Source: a virus. From it: 64,000 nt of DNA. Both the position numbers and the translations under genes were made by a program. The stretch lies in the IMG/VR virus record IMGVR_UViG_3300032524_000070; one strand, written 5' to 3'. This document shows positions 18,044 to 29,100 of the stretch, piece by piece. The notes beneath the pieces were generated by a model, which did no database searches, was not told the origin of the DNA, and saw only the letters and a list, made by a program, of their open reading frames with translations. Position 1 is the stretch's first letter; each line of letters starts with the position of its first letter.

Positions 18044-21000
18044 TGGCTGCATACCCAGAGTTCCGAGGCCCGGACGGCACGCTCCGGCAGAAGTTCATCC
18101 TCTCCACGACCCTCCCGAACCAGGTGTTCACCGGGGCCATGCCCCTCGACACGGTGGACATGCAGGTGTCGGTGCGAGGCGGGACGTACACCAGCGACCC
18201 CGACTACATCACCTTCGAGGGTACCGGCTTCACGGTCCCCAACCCGTCCGCCTTCCCTGACGGCCTCCAGCTCCTTCCGGGCAGCAACGAGATCAAGGTC
18301 AAGGCCATCCTCTCCACAGGGTCGGTCACGCAGGAGGCAATTCTCCAGGCCAACCTCTCGCTCGAAGCGGACATCGGCGACCTGGCTGACCCACCGACCG
18401 GCATCTTCTTGGAGCGGTTCAACTCGACGGTCAGGGTCACGGTCGAGGGCCTGACCAACACGAACGTCGCGGGCTACCACTTCTACGCCTCCACTCAGCC
18501 GGGTGGCGGTGACGTGGGCTACTTCCGCATCAACCCCTCGCTGGTCATCTCCGGCGAGGTGGTGGAGGCCACGGACGCCCTGGCGACCCTCTCGGTCGAT
18601 GCGAGCATCGTGCTCGACTCCGAGGGCTTCCACGCGGCTGACCCACTGAACTTCCGGTTCCGGGGCACACAGGAGGACAGAGACGACCTGGTGCTGGGCA
18701 TCAACTTCGATGAGCTGCTGGAGGTCCCGGAGACGGCCAGCAAGCTCCGCATCGCCACGATCATCCAGACGGTGCGGGAGACCCAGCAGTACACCTTCGA
18801 GCACGACCGGCAGGCGTCGCTGGAGAGCACTTTCCCTGCTCTGCCACACGCTGATCTGGCGACGGTGCCGGAGGCCGACCCGCTCTACTACGTCGCCACG
18901 GCCATCCACATCATCAACGGCGAGGAGATCGAGAGCTTCTTCAGCCCGGAGGTGCTGGGGGCTCCCCTGCGGATCACCCCGTCCGTGGGCTCGTTCCCGC
19001 AGGTCACCCGTCAGCAGATGGTCAAGGGAGCCGTCCTGTCCATCTACCGGAGCCAGCCGCAGGTCCGGGTGGACCCGGGCTCAGCTCTGCGGGACACGTT
19101 CATCGACCCCTTCACGACCGAGGCGGATCGTGTCCGGTTCATCATCGACTTCCTGCACAACGCCCAGAGCTTCCCGACGCTGCTGCTCATCGACGACCCC
19201 GGCTTCACCGGCACGTCGATCCCTGTCGCGCAGTCGTCGTACAAGACGGCCTTGCGGGAGGCGTTCTTCCTGACATCGGACGCCCAGGTCCAGACGATCA
19301 TCGACAACGCCTTCGACAAGCTCGCCAGCAACTACGGCGTCATCCGGGACGGCGGCAAGCGAGCCCGAGGCGAGGTCACCTTCTTCGTGACCAACCGGCC
19401 CACGACCTCCATCACCAAGACCATCGGGACCATCTGCCTGGGTGGTGGGACGACGTTCCGCACGACATCCACTGCTGTCATCTCGCCCACGGGAGCCGGA
19501 CGGAACTTCAACCCGTCCACGGGTCGCTACTTCGGCAGGGCCTTCATCCAGGCAGACGCGGCTGGATCTGCGGGCAACCTGTCCGAGGGGCAGGTGTCGG
19601 TCATCTCCAACAACACGTTGAACGTCCAGGTGACCAACGAGTCCAGGACGTTCGGCGGCACCGACAGGCAGTCGAACCGCGACATCGCTCTCGAAGCCAT
19701 GCGGGTCATCGCCTCCGTGGATTCGGGTACCCGCATGGGGTACGTGGACAACGCCATCAAGACGCCGGGCGTCGAGCAGGTGAGCGTCATCGAGTCCGGT
19801 CACGCCTTGATGATGCGGGACCGCAACGACGCGGGCCGCCACGTCGGCGGCAAGGTGGACATCTACCTGCGGGGCAGCTCCGAGGCCAAGGTCACGGACT
19901 CGTTCGCCTTCGGCTTCCAGACCCGCCAGGCCCAGCAGTTCGAGCCGGTCGGCGACCTGGCGACTCTGCGCTTCCGGGCGGTGGACCCGGCCCTCTCGGC
20001 TGAGAACCCGCTCATCGAGATGCTGGACCTGCCCAGCATCGATCTGGTCTTCGAGAACGCCAGCAAGAGCCTGGTGTTCGACCTGACCGACGTGCAGTAC
20101 GTCGCCTACGACCAGATCCAGCTCGACGCAGCTCTCAACGACCCCACGAGCCATGACCTCGACGACGAGTACCGGGGTAGCTACCGCTACCGCACGTCGG
20201 ACAAGTTCGTGATGACCCGCCAGCCCGTCATTTCGGTGACCAGCTTCGTGGGTGCTCAGACCGGGGCACTGGTCGAGGGCATCTACGACCTCTACCGGGC
20301 GTCCGACCCGCTGGAGCTGGGCCGCTCCACGGACGCAGGCGACTACGTGCAGGTCACGGAGCCTCTGACCTCCGGGGCCACCATCCCCTCGTCTACGCCG
20401 ATCACGGTGCCCGGCGAGGCCCACACGATGCTCGACGGCATCGAGTACCTGAACAACCTGGGTGCCAACTTCTTGACGGTCCGGGTGTGGAACACCGAAC
20501 GGACCATCGAGTACAACGGCCCCCTCTCGACGGCCATCCGGGACTTCACCATTATCGACGGGACGGAGCGGGTGCCCCTCGGCCTCCAGCTCACGGACGG
20601 CAGCCGCATCGTCGAGGGCCAGTCGGTGCTGGTGGACTACTCGCACGACGAGAACTTCACCATCGAGTACCTGAGCAACGCGGTCGTTCGGGTCGTCCAG
20701 GAGAACATCGACAACGACTCCCACATCACGGCGGACGCCATCGCCAAGTGGGCGGTCGATGTCCCGGTGGACTTCACCGCCACCATCGTCCTGCTGGCCA
20801 ACACGAACGCCAACGTGGTGGACGGCCTTGTCCGTACTGCCCTGGCCCGGCTGTTCAACACCTTCGGTCTAGGCACAGCCGTCCGGCAGTCCGACGTGAT
20901 TCGCGCGATTGATGCCGTCGTCGGGGTCAGCTACGTCATCACCCCGTTGACCCTCATGGTCCGGGGCGACGGGGCACAGATCGTCCGCGAGGTGGTGACC

Positions 21001-21528
21001 ACCGACGCCGACACCGATGCGACGCTGGTGACGGCCTGGTCCTCCCCCACCGTCTCCGTCTACCTCCTCGTCAACGCTCTGGACGCGGCAACTTCAAACG
21101 CAGGTGGGCTCCGCAAGGAGTTCCGGGGCGTTTTCCAGGACGAGGTACGGCTCGTCCACCACGAGACAGCTCCGAACGTCAACGGCTTCCCGCTCCGGGG
21201 CTCCGCAGGTGGCAGCTTCATCATCGGGAGGGACGGGCTGAACATCCCGGGGGTCAGCGACGACGTGACCATCACGGCTGCCTACGTCCTGCCGTCCAAC
21301 GTGGACGAGAAGGCCGCCGAGATCCTCCGCATCCGCCGGGTGCTGACGGCGAACCGGGTGCTGGCGAGCTTCGTGCCGGGTGGGGTCATCCCGGACAGCC
21401 CGAAGCTGCACGACTACACGGTGACCTACGTGGTCAACGGCGACACCGGGGTCAAGAACATCGAGCCCGGCCCCATCGAGTACCTGACCATCGGTGACCT
21501 GAACTTCGTCTACGACGAGCGGACCTGA
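18043..21528 (+). CDS. Baseplate J / gp6-like wedge protein (extended, ~1160 aa)
   Basis: Motifs DPGSALRD.FIDP, FDKLASNYGVIR..GKRARGEVTF, GSAGNL..GQV, TN...TFGGTDRQSN, GGKVDIY and LG..VRQSDVI are characteristic of baseplate J. Confidence 0.85.
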   Translation: MAAYPEFRGPDGTLRQKFILSTTLPNQVFTGAMPLDTVDMQVSVRGGTYTSDPDYITFEGTGFTVPNPSAFPDGLQLLPGSNEIKVKAILSTGSVTQEAILQANLSLEADIGDLADPPTGIFLERFNSTVRVTVEGLTNTNVAGYHFYASTQPGGGDVGYFRINPSLVISGEVVEATDALATLSVDASIVLDSEGFHAADPLNFRFRGTQEDRDDLVLGINFDELLEVPETASKLRIATIIQTVRETQQYTFEHDRQASLESTFPALPHADLATVPEADPLYYVATAIHIINGEEIESFFSPEVLGAPLRITPSVGSFPQVTRQQMVKGAVLSIYRSQPQVRVDPGSALRDTFIDPFTTEADRVRFIIDFLHNAQSFPTLLLIDDPGFTGTSIPVAQSSYKTALREAFFLTSDAQVQTIIDNAFDKLASNYGVIRDGGKRARGEVTFFVTNRPTTSITKTIGTICLGGGTTFRTTSTAVISPTGAGRNFNPSTGRYFGRAFIQADAAGSAGNLSEGQVSVISNNTLNVQVTNESRTFGGTDRQSNRDIALEAMRVIASVDSGTRMGYVDNAIKTPGVEQVSVIESGHALMMRDRNDAGRHVGGKVDIYLRGSSEAKVTDSFAFGFQTRQAQQFEPVGDLATLRFRAVDPALSAENPLIEMLDLPSIDLVFENASKSLVFDLTDVQYVAYDQIQLDAALNDPTSHDLDDEYRGSYRYRTSDKFVMTRQPVISVTSFVGAQTGALVEGIYDLYRASDPLELGRSTDAGDYVQVTEPLTSGATIPSSTPITVPGEAHTMLDGIEYLNNLGANFLTVRVWNTERTIEYNGPLSTAIRDFTIIDGTERVPLGLQLTDGSRIVEGQSVLVDYSHDENFTIEYLSNAVVRVVQENIDNDSHITADAIAKWAVDVPVDFTATIVLLANTNANVVDGLVRTALARLFNTFGLGTAVRQSDVIRAIDAVVGVSYVITPLTLMVRGDGAQIVREVVTTDADTDATLVTAWSSPTVSVYLLVNALDAATSNAGGLRKEFRGVFQDEVRLVHHETAPNVNGFPLRGSAGGSFIIGRDGLNIPGVSDDVTITAAYVLPSNVDEKAAEILRIRRVLTANRVLASFVPGGVIPDSPKLHDYTVTYVVNGDTGVKNIEPGPIEYLTIGDLNFVYDERT

Positions 21529-22934
21529 TGGCGGACAAGCCTGCCACCCCGAGTCTGCTCCCGACTCTGCTGACGCAGAATCCTGCCCCTGTGGGCGGGT
21601 CGGGTCAGGACCGGATCAAGGCGCGACGCGAGCAGGTGGACAGCATCATGTCTGTCTTCATGCAGGTGCTCCCGTCGAACTACGTCGCGCAGGTGCAGGG
21701 GCCGTTCTACACCGTCCAGTTCCAGGCAGCCGCAGAGGCCATCGCCGACTTCCAGATCACCGCGCAGGAAGCGTTCAGCGACTCCGACTACGACTACATG
21801 CGCGGCGAGTTCCTGTTTCAGCTCCTCGGCTCCCTGGTCTTCCCCGATGCGACGAGCGATGGCTACCCCACGCTCAAGGGTGACCTGACCTACCGCGAGT
21901 TCCTGAAGCGGATGGTGCTTCTGCTGCTCCAGGGGGCTACCAAGAGCACGGTCGAGGGTGGTCTGGACCTGCTCTCCGAGGCCACGTTCACGGTCATCGA
22001 GAAGGTCATCGCGGCCCGGGACACCAAGAAGAAGGTCTTCAACAAGGCCCTCGGCATCTACGAGATGCTGCCTGGCTCGGCCTGGGGCCTGGACGACCAG
22101 TTCGAGTTCGAGATCAACGTCTCCTACCTCGACCCGACCACGGGCACGCAGCGGTTCCCCGAAGACCCCTTCATCCTTTCTGAGAACGTCCGCATCGTCA
22201 TGCGGGCCTTGAAGCCTGCCCACACCCTCTACGAGTACCGGCACCTCTTCACAGAGGCGTTCGGAGCCATGTTCGACGGCTCTGTCTCCTGGGACCTGTC
22301 GAGCTACTACTACGCCGACTTTCGCCGCTTCTGCTGCGGTGCGAAGAACCTGACGGGGACGGCTGGCATCACCTGGACCGACCGCACGCTGTTCAGCGAC
22401 TCGACCCGCGAGTTCACCCAGCTCAAGGCCGGTTCGGATCTGGTCATCACCTCCGGCCCGAACAGCATCCACGTCGGCGGGACGGAAGGCACTGGAGCCT
22501 CCACAGACCGCCGCCACATCGGTCGCTACCGGGTCGTGGACGTGTTGACCTTCCCGGTAGGCACGGACGCTACCGCGAGGGCCTACACGACCTCTGGTGG
22601 CCTCTCAGGTACGGCCACGGTGGTCGGGAACGTGGTCGAGGACACGGCTCAGGACTGGAGTGCTGCGGCCAAGGGCGAGACCCTGACCTTCACGGAGGGG
22701 CCGAACGCAGGGACGTACCGGCTCAAGGCTGTGCTGGGCAACTACGGAGGCCCCGTGGGTGAGGCTCCTGGGCCTGGAACACGGGTACAGGTGGCATCGA
22801 GCCTCCTGCGAATCGAACGTCGAATGAAGCAAGCGACATCGGGCCAGAGCTACACGGTGACGGTGGACCGTCTAGGTGTGCAGGAGCCCCATGCGGTGGC
22901 GGGGGAAGATGCCTCCATCTACTTCGTCCTGTAG
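21528..22934 (+). CDS. Baseplate wedge protein (P2 gpI / gp7-like)
   Basis: Follows baseplate J. Contains YREFLKRMV.LLLQGAT and the conserved LKPAHT motif. Confidence 0.7.
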   Translation: MADKPATPSLLPTLLTQNPAPVGGSGQDRIKARREQVDSIMSVFMQVLPSNYVAQVQGPFYTVQFQAAAEAIADFQITAQEAFSDSDYDYMRGEFLFQLLGSLVFPDATSDGYPTLKGDLTYREFLKRMVLLLLQGATKSTVEGGLDLLSEATFTVIEKVIAARDTKKKVFNKALGIYEMLPGSAWGLDDQFEFEINVSYLDPTTGTQRFPEDPFILSENVRIVMRALKPAHTLYEYRHLFTEAFGAMFDGSVSWDLSSYYYADFRRFCCGAKNLTGTAGITWTDRTLFSDSTREFTQLKAGSDLVITSGPNSIHVGGTEGTGASTDRRHIGRYRVVDVLTFPVGTDATARAYTTSGGLSGTATVVGNVVEDTAQDWSAAAKGETLTFTEGPNAGTYRLKAVLGNYGGPVGEAPGPGTRVQVASSLLRIERRMKQATSGQSYTVTVDRLGVQEPHAVAGEDASIYFVL

Positions 22935-22938
22935 CTGC

Positions 22939-22971
22939 CAAGAATCAGCCTATACGGCGGGGGAAGGTGAG
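22939..22971 (+). promoter_or_regulatory. Putative late-promoter motif copy 2 (degenerate upstream box)
   Basis: CAAG-AATCA-GCCTATAcggcgggggaaGGTGAG in the intergenic gap before 22998. Confidence 0.5.
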
Positions 22972-22997
22972 GGCCTCGTGCTCCAACGGAGGATCGA

Positions 22998-25900
22998 ATG
23001 CCTGCGGTAATCGAAAGCACCCTGTACGAGTCTCCCGGTGGAGCGGTCGTCGCAGGTTCCACACAGCAGAACAGCCGGGATGATCTCCGGCTGGGCTACC
23101 AGGTCACGCTGAACTCGGTACAGGCGGGCACCACCTACTCGTGGACCCTCGCGTTCGCGTCGGACTCCCCCGGCACGACCGTTGCTGGCACCCCGTTCGA
23201 CGGCACGGACTCCGCATCGTCCCTGCTGCCCCCAGAGGGCAGCACAAGCAAGACCGCGAAGTTCAACGTGGACTTCGAGGGCACGTACCTCATCCGCCTG
23301 ACCGTGGACGCTGGACTTCCGACCGAGGACTCGCAGTTCATCCGGGCGAGGGTGCTGACCCTCTTCGGCTCGCTCAAGCTCATCGCGGCTGGCGAACGAC
23401 GGGACGAGAACGGCGTCATCCCGGTAGACGCGACCCCCGAGGGGTGGGCGAACGACCAGAACGCGAACATGCAGCGGGTCGCTCTGCTGCTGCGTCGGGT
23501 GTCCCACAGCGGTCGCATCCTGTTCGTGGACAGCAACCGTGGTCGGGACTTCACCGAGGACCAGGACGACTACGACAACGTGATCGCCATCCCCGGGCCG
23601 GAAGTGGCTCGACCGGAGGCGACGGGCATGAAGTTGCGGGCGATGGCCCACGGCGACTTCTCATCCATCAACCAGGCCATCGCCTACGCCTCTGCGGCAG
23701 CAGCTCGTGGGGAGCCTGCCCCCAGTCAGAATGAGCCGTACTACATCGTGATCCGCAAGGGTCGGTACGCCGAAGACCTGAACCTGGTGCCCTTCGTCCA
23801 CCTGGTCGGGGACGACATCACCTTCACCAACATCGACATCAGCTCCGGTGGCCTCGGCAACGTCATCAACTACGGGGTGTCGGTCCAGTCCGTGAACGTG
23901 GCGGGAACGGGTACGCACCGTTTCAACCCGCTGGCGAACGCTGAGAACGCCTGGTGCTTCCTGTTCAACATGGCGTTGCAGGGGTCGGCGAACACCACGC
24001 TGCCGGTCCTCGATCAGCTTGGTGGTGCGATCAAGCTCTTCGGGTGCGCCGTCTTGCAGGATGGCGATGCCGTCAACCAGGGCGAGGCCATCCGGTGTGT
24101 CGTATCCAACCCGGCTCACACCCCGGCCCTCTGGCTGGAGGACTGCTTCGTCCAGTCCGATGCGACCACGGCTGACCGGGTAGCGGTCAGGTTCAACGCG
24201 ACCGGGGGCATCCTCAACCTCATCCACAGCCAGGTCGTCGCGGAGTCGTGCCAGGGCATCGTGGTGAACGAGGCCCTCTACACGGTCTGCGAGTGCTACG
24301 TCCGGGGTGACTCACTCCTCGTTGGAACCCCTCCCTACGTCGGGTACGGCTCGCTTCAGCGGTTCGAGGACTCCACCACCAGTCCAGTGGGCGGCGGCAC
24401 TCCCTCCATCAACGTGAGCGCCTTCGGTGGCGGTGCGGGCAGCAAGCCCGGCGATGTCACCCTCGACGTGCAACGGATGACGCTCAACGGCGTCATCTCC
24501 TTCGAGACCGCCGCTGCCGTTGGTTCGACCGTGCTGGTCAACTCCGGCAACGTGAACCGTCTCGGCGGGGCGACCCCCCACGTCCTCCTGCCGGACGCTC
24601 CGGGCGACCTGCCGAACCTCTCCATGCCCATCTTCGACGGGGAGTCGGTCGGCTACCTGCCGAACCACTCCGATCCCCTGCTGGGCCCCGGTGGTCCGAC
24701 GACCATCAACGCCGCCAACCAACTCCAGAAGCGGAACCTCCAGGAGGTCGTAGACCGCATCCTGCTGGGCGTCTTCCCCGTCGTCGGGAGCCCCTTCTAC
24801 TCGCTGCACACGGCCTACAGCGGCCTGGCGTCCCTCAACCCGCCGACGCTGGGCACCGGGCTCGGGCGGACCATCATCGCCAACGGTGGTGCGGTCCAGA
24901 TCACCGGAGGCACGGCCCCGTTCGCTCTTGACGCAGAGCGGAAGGATGGTGGTCTCCAGACCGAAGGCGTCATCGACATCGGCGGGCTCATCGGTGGAAC
25001 GGGCTCTACCCCTCTGGCCTTGGTCGGGCACTCGGAGATCCACCTCAACCCGAACATGATGGGCGTCGGCCCCGTCATCGCCCTTGGACGAGCTGCCTGG
25101 ACCACTGGCGTCAACGGTGGCGACCGGGGCTTCCCGGCTGCCGTCATCCGTGCGGACTCCGCGACAGCCCCGGCACTTCCGACTTTGTCGCCCTACCACA
25201 TCCACCTCCGCACGCTTTCGGGGAAGAACTCGAACACGGGTGGGCTCGGGAACATCTACATCGCTGCTGGCGGCATCACAGATCCAGCCAGCGTTGACAA
25301 CCCGGGCCATGTCCACATCAACGGCGGTGGGCACCTCAATGCAGGTGCCGGGAGCACAGGCGACATCTGGCTCGCTCCTGGTGACCTGTTCGGAGCAGCG
25401 GGGTTCGGCAAGGTCTGGTTCGCCGGAACGAACGGCACTCCGGCGAGTCTGACGGCTGCTGGCCCCTGGATCGGAGGCACCGCTGGGGTCATCACCATCG
25501 GTACGCCGAACGGCGTGGAGTTCTTCACCTTCACGGGTGCTGAGGCCAACGTCGCGGCAGCCACCGCCTTGTTCAACGCGACGGCCAGGGCCTTCATCGC
25601 TACCGACGATGGTGCCACCATCACGCTCATCGCCAACCCCAGCCCGGCCAGCGACATCGTGTGCCTCGGGGACGATGGCAGCGGGGTGAACGTCAACCTC
25701 GGTGACTTCCTTCCGGCAACGGCGACGTTCACGCCCGGAACCTACGGCGACCTGATCTCCGTGGACGTGCCGGTGAACGGTCGTCTGCGGGTGAACGGTG
25801 ACCTCCAGGTCACGGGAGCCATCATCGGGACGGTGGCTCCGGCCTACCGGGCGATCACCGGGGCTGACGCCTACCCGTATCCCTCGCTGGCGACTGAGCT

Positions 25901-26153
25901 GATCCTCGGGGCACAGCTCGTGGCCACCCTGGACCGCACCATCGTCCTCAACCCGGCCTACCCCATCGGAACCACGGTCGTCGTCAAGGATGAACTGGGG
26001 CTCGCCAACGCCATCCCCGCCCCGATTGGGCAGATGGTCAGCATCGTGGACGCTGCTCGAACCTTCGACGGGGCGACCCCGCTGAACATCACGACGGCTT
26101 ACGGTGCGGTAACGCTCTACAAGAACAGCGCGAGCAACTGGTCGATCATCTAG
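22998..26153 (+). CDS. Tail fibre/spike-like protein (Ig/PKD-like N-terminus, pectin-lyase-like region, fibre C-terminal domain)
   Basis: N-terminal YSWTL...EGTYLIRLTVD (Ig/PKD-like). DFSSINQAI...IVIRKGRYAEDL is a beta-helix cap motif. Gly-rich shaft, then a C-terminal VKDELG.AN...FDG...I.TAYGAVTL...W.II domain common in phage fibres. Confidence 0.65.
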   Translation: MPAVIESTLYESPGGAVVAGSTQQNSRDDLRLGYQVTLNSVQAGTTYSWTLAFASDSPGTTVAGTPFDGTDSASSLLPPEGSTSKTAKFNVDFEGTYLIRLTVDAGLPTEDSQFIRARVLTLFGSLKLIAAGERRDENGVIPVDATPEGWANDQNANMQRVALLLRRVSHSGRILFVDSNRGRDFTEDQDDYDNVIAIPGPEVARPEATGMKLRAMAHGDFSSINQAIAYASAAAARGEPAPSQNEPYYIVIRKGRYAEDLNLVPFVHLVGDDITFTNIDISSGGLGNVINYGVSVQSVNVAGTGTHRFNPLANAENAWCFLFNMALQGSANTTLPVLDQLGGAIKLFGCAVLQDGDAVNQGEAIRCVVSNPAHTPALWLEDCFVQSDATTADRVAVRFNATGGILNLIHSQVVAESCQGIVVNEALYTVCECYVRGDSLLVGTPPYVGYGSLQRFEDSTTSPVGGGTPSINVSAFGGGAGSKPGDVTLDVQRMTLNGVISFETAAAVGSTVLVNSGNVNRLGGATPHVLLPDAPGDLPNLSMPIFDGESVGYLPNHSDPLLGPGGPTTINAANQLQKRNLQEVVDRILLGVFPVVGSPFYSLHTAYSGLASLNPPTLGTGLGRTIIANGGAVQITGGTAPFALDAERKDGGLQTEGVIDIGGLIGGTGSTPLALVGHSEIHLNPNMMGVGPVIALGRAAWTTGVNGGDRGFPAAVIRADSATAPALPTLSPYHIHLRTLSGKNSNTGGLGNIYIAAGGITDPASVDNPGHVHINGGGHLNAGAGSTGDIWLAPGDLFGAAGFGKVWFAGTNGTPASLTAAGPWIGGTAGVITIGTPNGVEFFTFTGAEANVAAATALFNATARAFIATDDGATITLIANPSPASDIVCLGDDGSGVNVNLGDFLPATATFTPGTYGDLISVDVPVNGRLRVNGDLQVTGAIIGTVAPAYRAITGADAYPYPSLATELILGAQLVATLDRTIVLNPAYPIGTTVVVKDELGLANAIPAPIGQMVSIVDAARTFDGATPLNITTAYGAVTLYKNSASNWSII

Positions 26154-26171
26154 GCAGGGGAACGGTGACGA

Positions 26172-29100
26172 ATGGCTTTCACGCCGCCAACGAACCCCGA
26201 GGACAGCTACGAACTGAGCCCCTTCGGGTTCGGCCCGTTCCCGCTCCCTGGTGAGTCGGTTGACGTAGCTCCCCCGCACCCGGTCGGCGGTGGCTACGGC
26301 GGTGTCGGTTTCTTGTCGGCTGGTGACCTCCCGGACAACGGCAGCCCCTACGGCCTGGGCTCCTACGGCTCCCGGTGGTTCAGCCGCCCCAAGGTCAACA
26401 TCAGCGGCGGCTACGGTGGTGACCCCTACGGCCTGGGTGGCTACGGCAGCACCGAAGTCACGCCTCCCTACGTCTCATCGGCCATTTCGCTCGACGGCTT
26501 CACCATCGAGGTGTTCTTCAGCGAAGAGGTGGACACCACCAACCCCGCGTTGACCGACCCGACGAGCTACACGCTGGAGCCCATCACCGGGGCAGCTCCC
26601 GCGACGGTGCTCTCGGTTCACATCGAGAAGCTGGGGTCGGTCAACCTGGCTGCTGGCGACACCATCGCCGGGGCCATCTCGGTCGTCATCACCCACACAG
26701 GGACGACGCAGGGCGGGATGTACAAGGTCCACGCCACGGGTCTGACCGACATCGCGGGCAACCCGATCATCGACGCTGACGCTCCGTTCCTGGCCAAGGG
26801 TGAGCCGCCGACCTTCGCGGTCAGCCTTCCGGCCCCGGACGCAGGGAACGAGCTGCTGGTCACGTTCAGCCACCCGATGTTGCAGAACGCGGGTGGCTTC
26901 CCGGACCTGGCGAGCTACGACTTCGCGGTAGCCACGAGCAACCCCTACCCCATCGATCTTGTGCCGACGAGCATCGTCGTGGTGGACGACAAGCAGGTGC
27001 GGCTCGGGGTCAAGGGCATGACCTCGTTGAACTACGACCTGACGGTCAGCGAGGCGTTCGCGTTCGCCTTCGACACGACGCTGGGGCTCCGCAACTGCAC
27101 CGCTCTCACGCTGGGGGTGGGGACGGTCACGGAGTCTCCGGGCTACCTCGTGTTTTCGAGGCCGAACACCTCTGCGGGCTTCGCTCGGGAGTGGGACGAC
27201 ACGAGTGGCACCATCACCCCGCTGACCTCGACGCTGCGGTCGGACTGCACCTTCGACTTCAGCAACGCGGCCTTCGAGCCTGCGATCTCCCTGTTCCCGG
27301 TCCCGGAGGTCGGGGAGATCCTCTTCCAGGATGGCGTGCCCGGCAACGGCCTGTTCATCAAGGTCATGCTCCAGATGAGCATCACCGGGGTCGAGCAGGT
27401 GCGCTTGCGGTCGGGCACCTTCGACATGACGGTGGACGCCACCTGGTCGGATGCGGTCCACACGATCTCCTTCGTGCGGAACATGCAGGCGGGCATCGTC
27501 ACCTTCCTGCTCGATGAGCAGCCGCTCACGTCCACCGCGATTGCGAACGTGGACGCCCCGGCAGAGACACAGGCGTCAGTGCGCTTCGGCCTCTACCCCG
27601 GCGGGTGGAACATCAGCGGTGTCCGGCTGGTGAGCCTCATCACCACCAGCTCCACGACGGTCTTCTCGTCTGCCTGGAACTTCCTGCACGGCCAGATCGG
27701 GCAGTTCCTCGGCTCCGATCTGCTGACCCGTGACCGACTGCTGACGCAGCGAGGCCCGCTGGTCAAGGGCTGGGGTGACGCGACCCCAGCGACCGAAGCT
27801 GATGTGGCTGTCATCATCAATGGCACGGCGGTATCCATCGCCGAGGTGAACCCCTACATCGGCGGCATCGTCCTGACGGTGCCTGTACCCCTCCTCCCGC
27901 TCGGTGACCCACAGGCCAGCGTGGCGGTGGACTACAAGTGGTTCAAGAGTCCCGTCATGGAGCTGGCCGGGTTGAACACCCTCGGCCTGGTGCTCAACAA
28001 GTTCGACTGCGCCCGCAGAGGCCACCACGACCCGGCGGCCCACGGCGATCAGGTCCAGGTTCTTCCGGGGCAGCCGGACTTCATGGCGAACCCCGGACAC
28101 CCCAAGGGGGCCGTGGACATCCACCGCTTCCCGATGAGCGTGGTCCTCGGGCCGATGAGCCGGAGCGAACCGCTCTACATCGGTCACCGCTACATGGGGT
28201 TCGAGCGGGCGTACTCAGCTCTGACCAACAGCCCGACCACCCTGCGGCTCAACCAGGCCCCAGGGCGTGTATCCGTGCCCGGCTTCGAGCGGGAGGTAGC
28301 TGGGGTCAGTGTGGCCTACGAAGGGCTCGTGAAGCCCGTAGACGCCGCCCCTGCGTGGGCTCTGGACGGTGCTGACTTCGGTGCCGTGGATCACGACGCT
28401 GATGCAGGGATCGACCTCGGGACGTACACGATCATCGACCCCATCGTGGGGGACGCTGGGCCGACTGAGACGGCGACGGTCTACCACCGTGGGCTGGACC
28501 TCACCTATCCGTCGAGCGTTAACCTGGTGGCCCGCTTCCAGACGGCAGCCACGGCCTTGTTCGATACGGACCACGTGGCTCCTTCCCCGGCTCCGACCGG
28601 GCTGGTGGCGGTCCCCACGGCTGATGGTGTGTTCACGGGTGTCGGGTTCGGCATCCACGACAACAGGCACCTGTACTTCTGCGGGGTGCTCCTGATCAAC
28701 GGGGTCGAGCACGTCGGCCTGCTGCTCAACCCGAAGCGCATCCACGAGTGGGAGTCCTGGGCCATCGGGCCGAAGTCCATCCTGACGGCCTCCTCGCAGA
28801 GTCGAGGGGCCTTCCCGTCCTCGCAGGTGTCCACGGGGTTCACAGTCGGGTCGAAGTTCCAGCGACTCACGGGCACGCAGGTCGGGGTCTACACGGCGAC
28901 GAGCGTGGTGGCTCAGAGCGACGGCACGACGACGGTGGACTTCACGCCGGTCCTTCCCTCGCCGTGGGACATCTACGGCAACAAGTTCGTCGAGGTGGTC
29001 TTCGAGACGCGAGCGAGCATCAAGCCGTTCACATACCGGCTCGACCTCGACACGGACCAGCAGGTTGCAGAGCTGCGGATCTCCGGGGAGACGCGGGGGG

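Noticed and set aside
22795-22880. Other short low-GC3 patches at gene ends (also ~1495-1535 and ~32515-32591)
   Set aside because: Weaker and with no duplicated terminus; cannot be distinguished from ordinary codon noise by eye.
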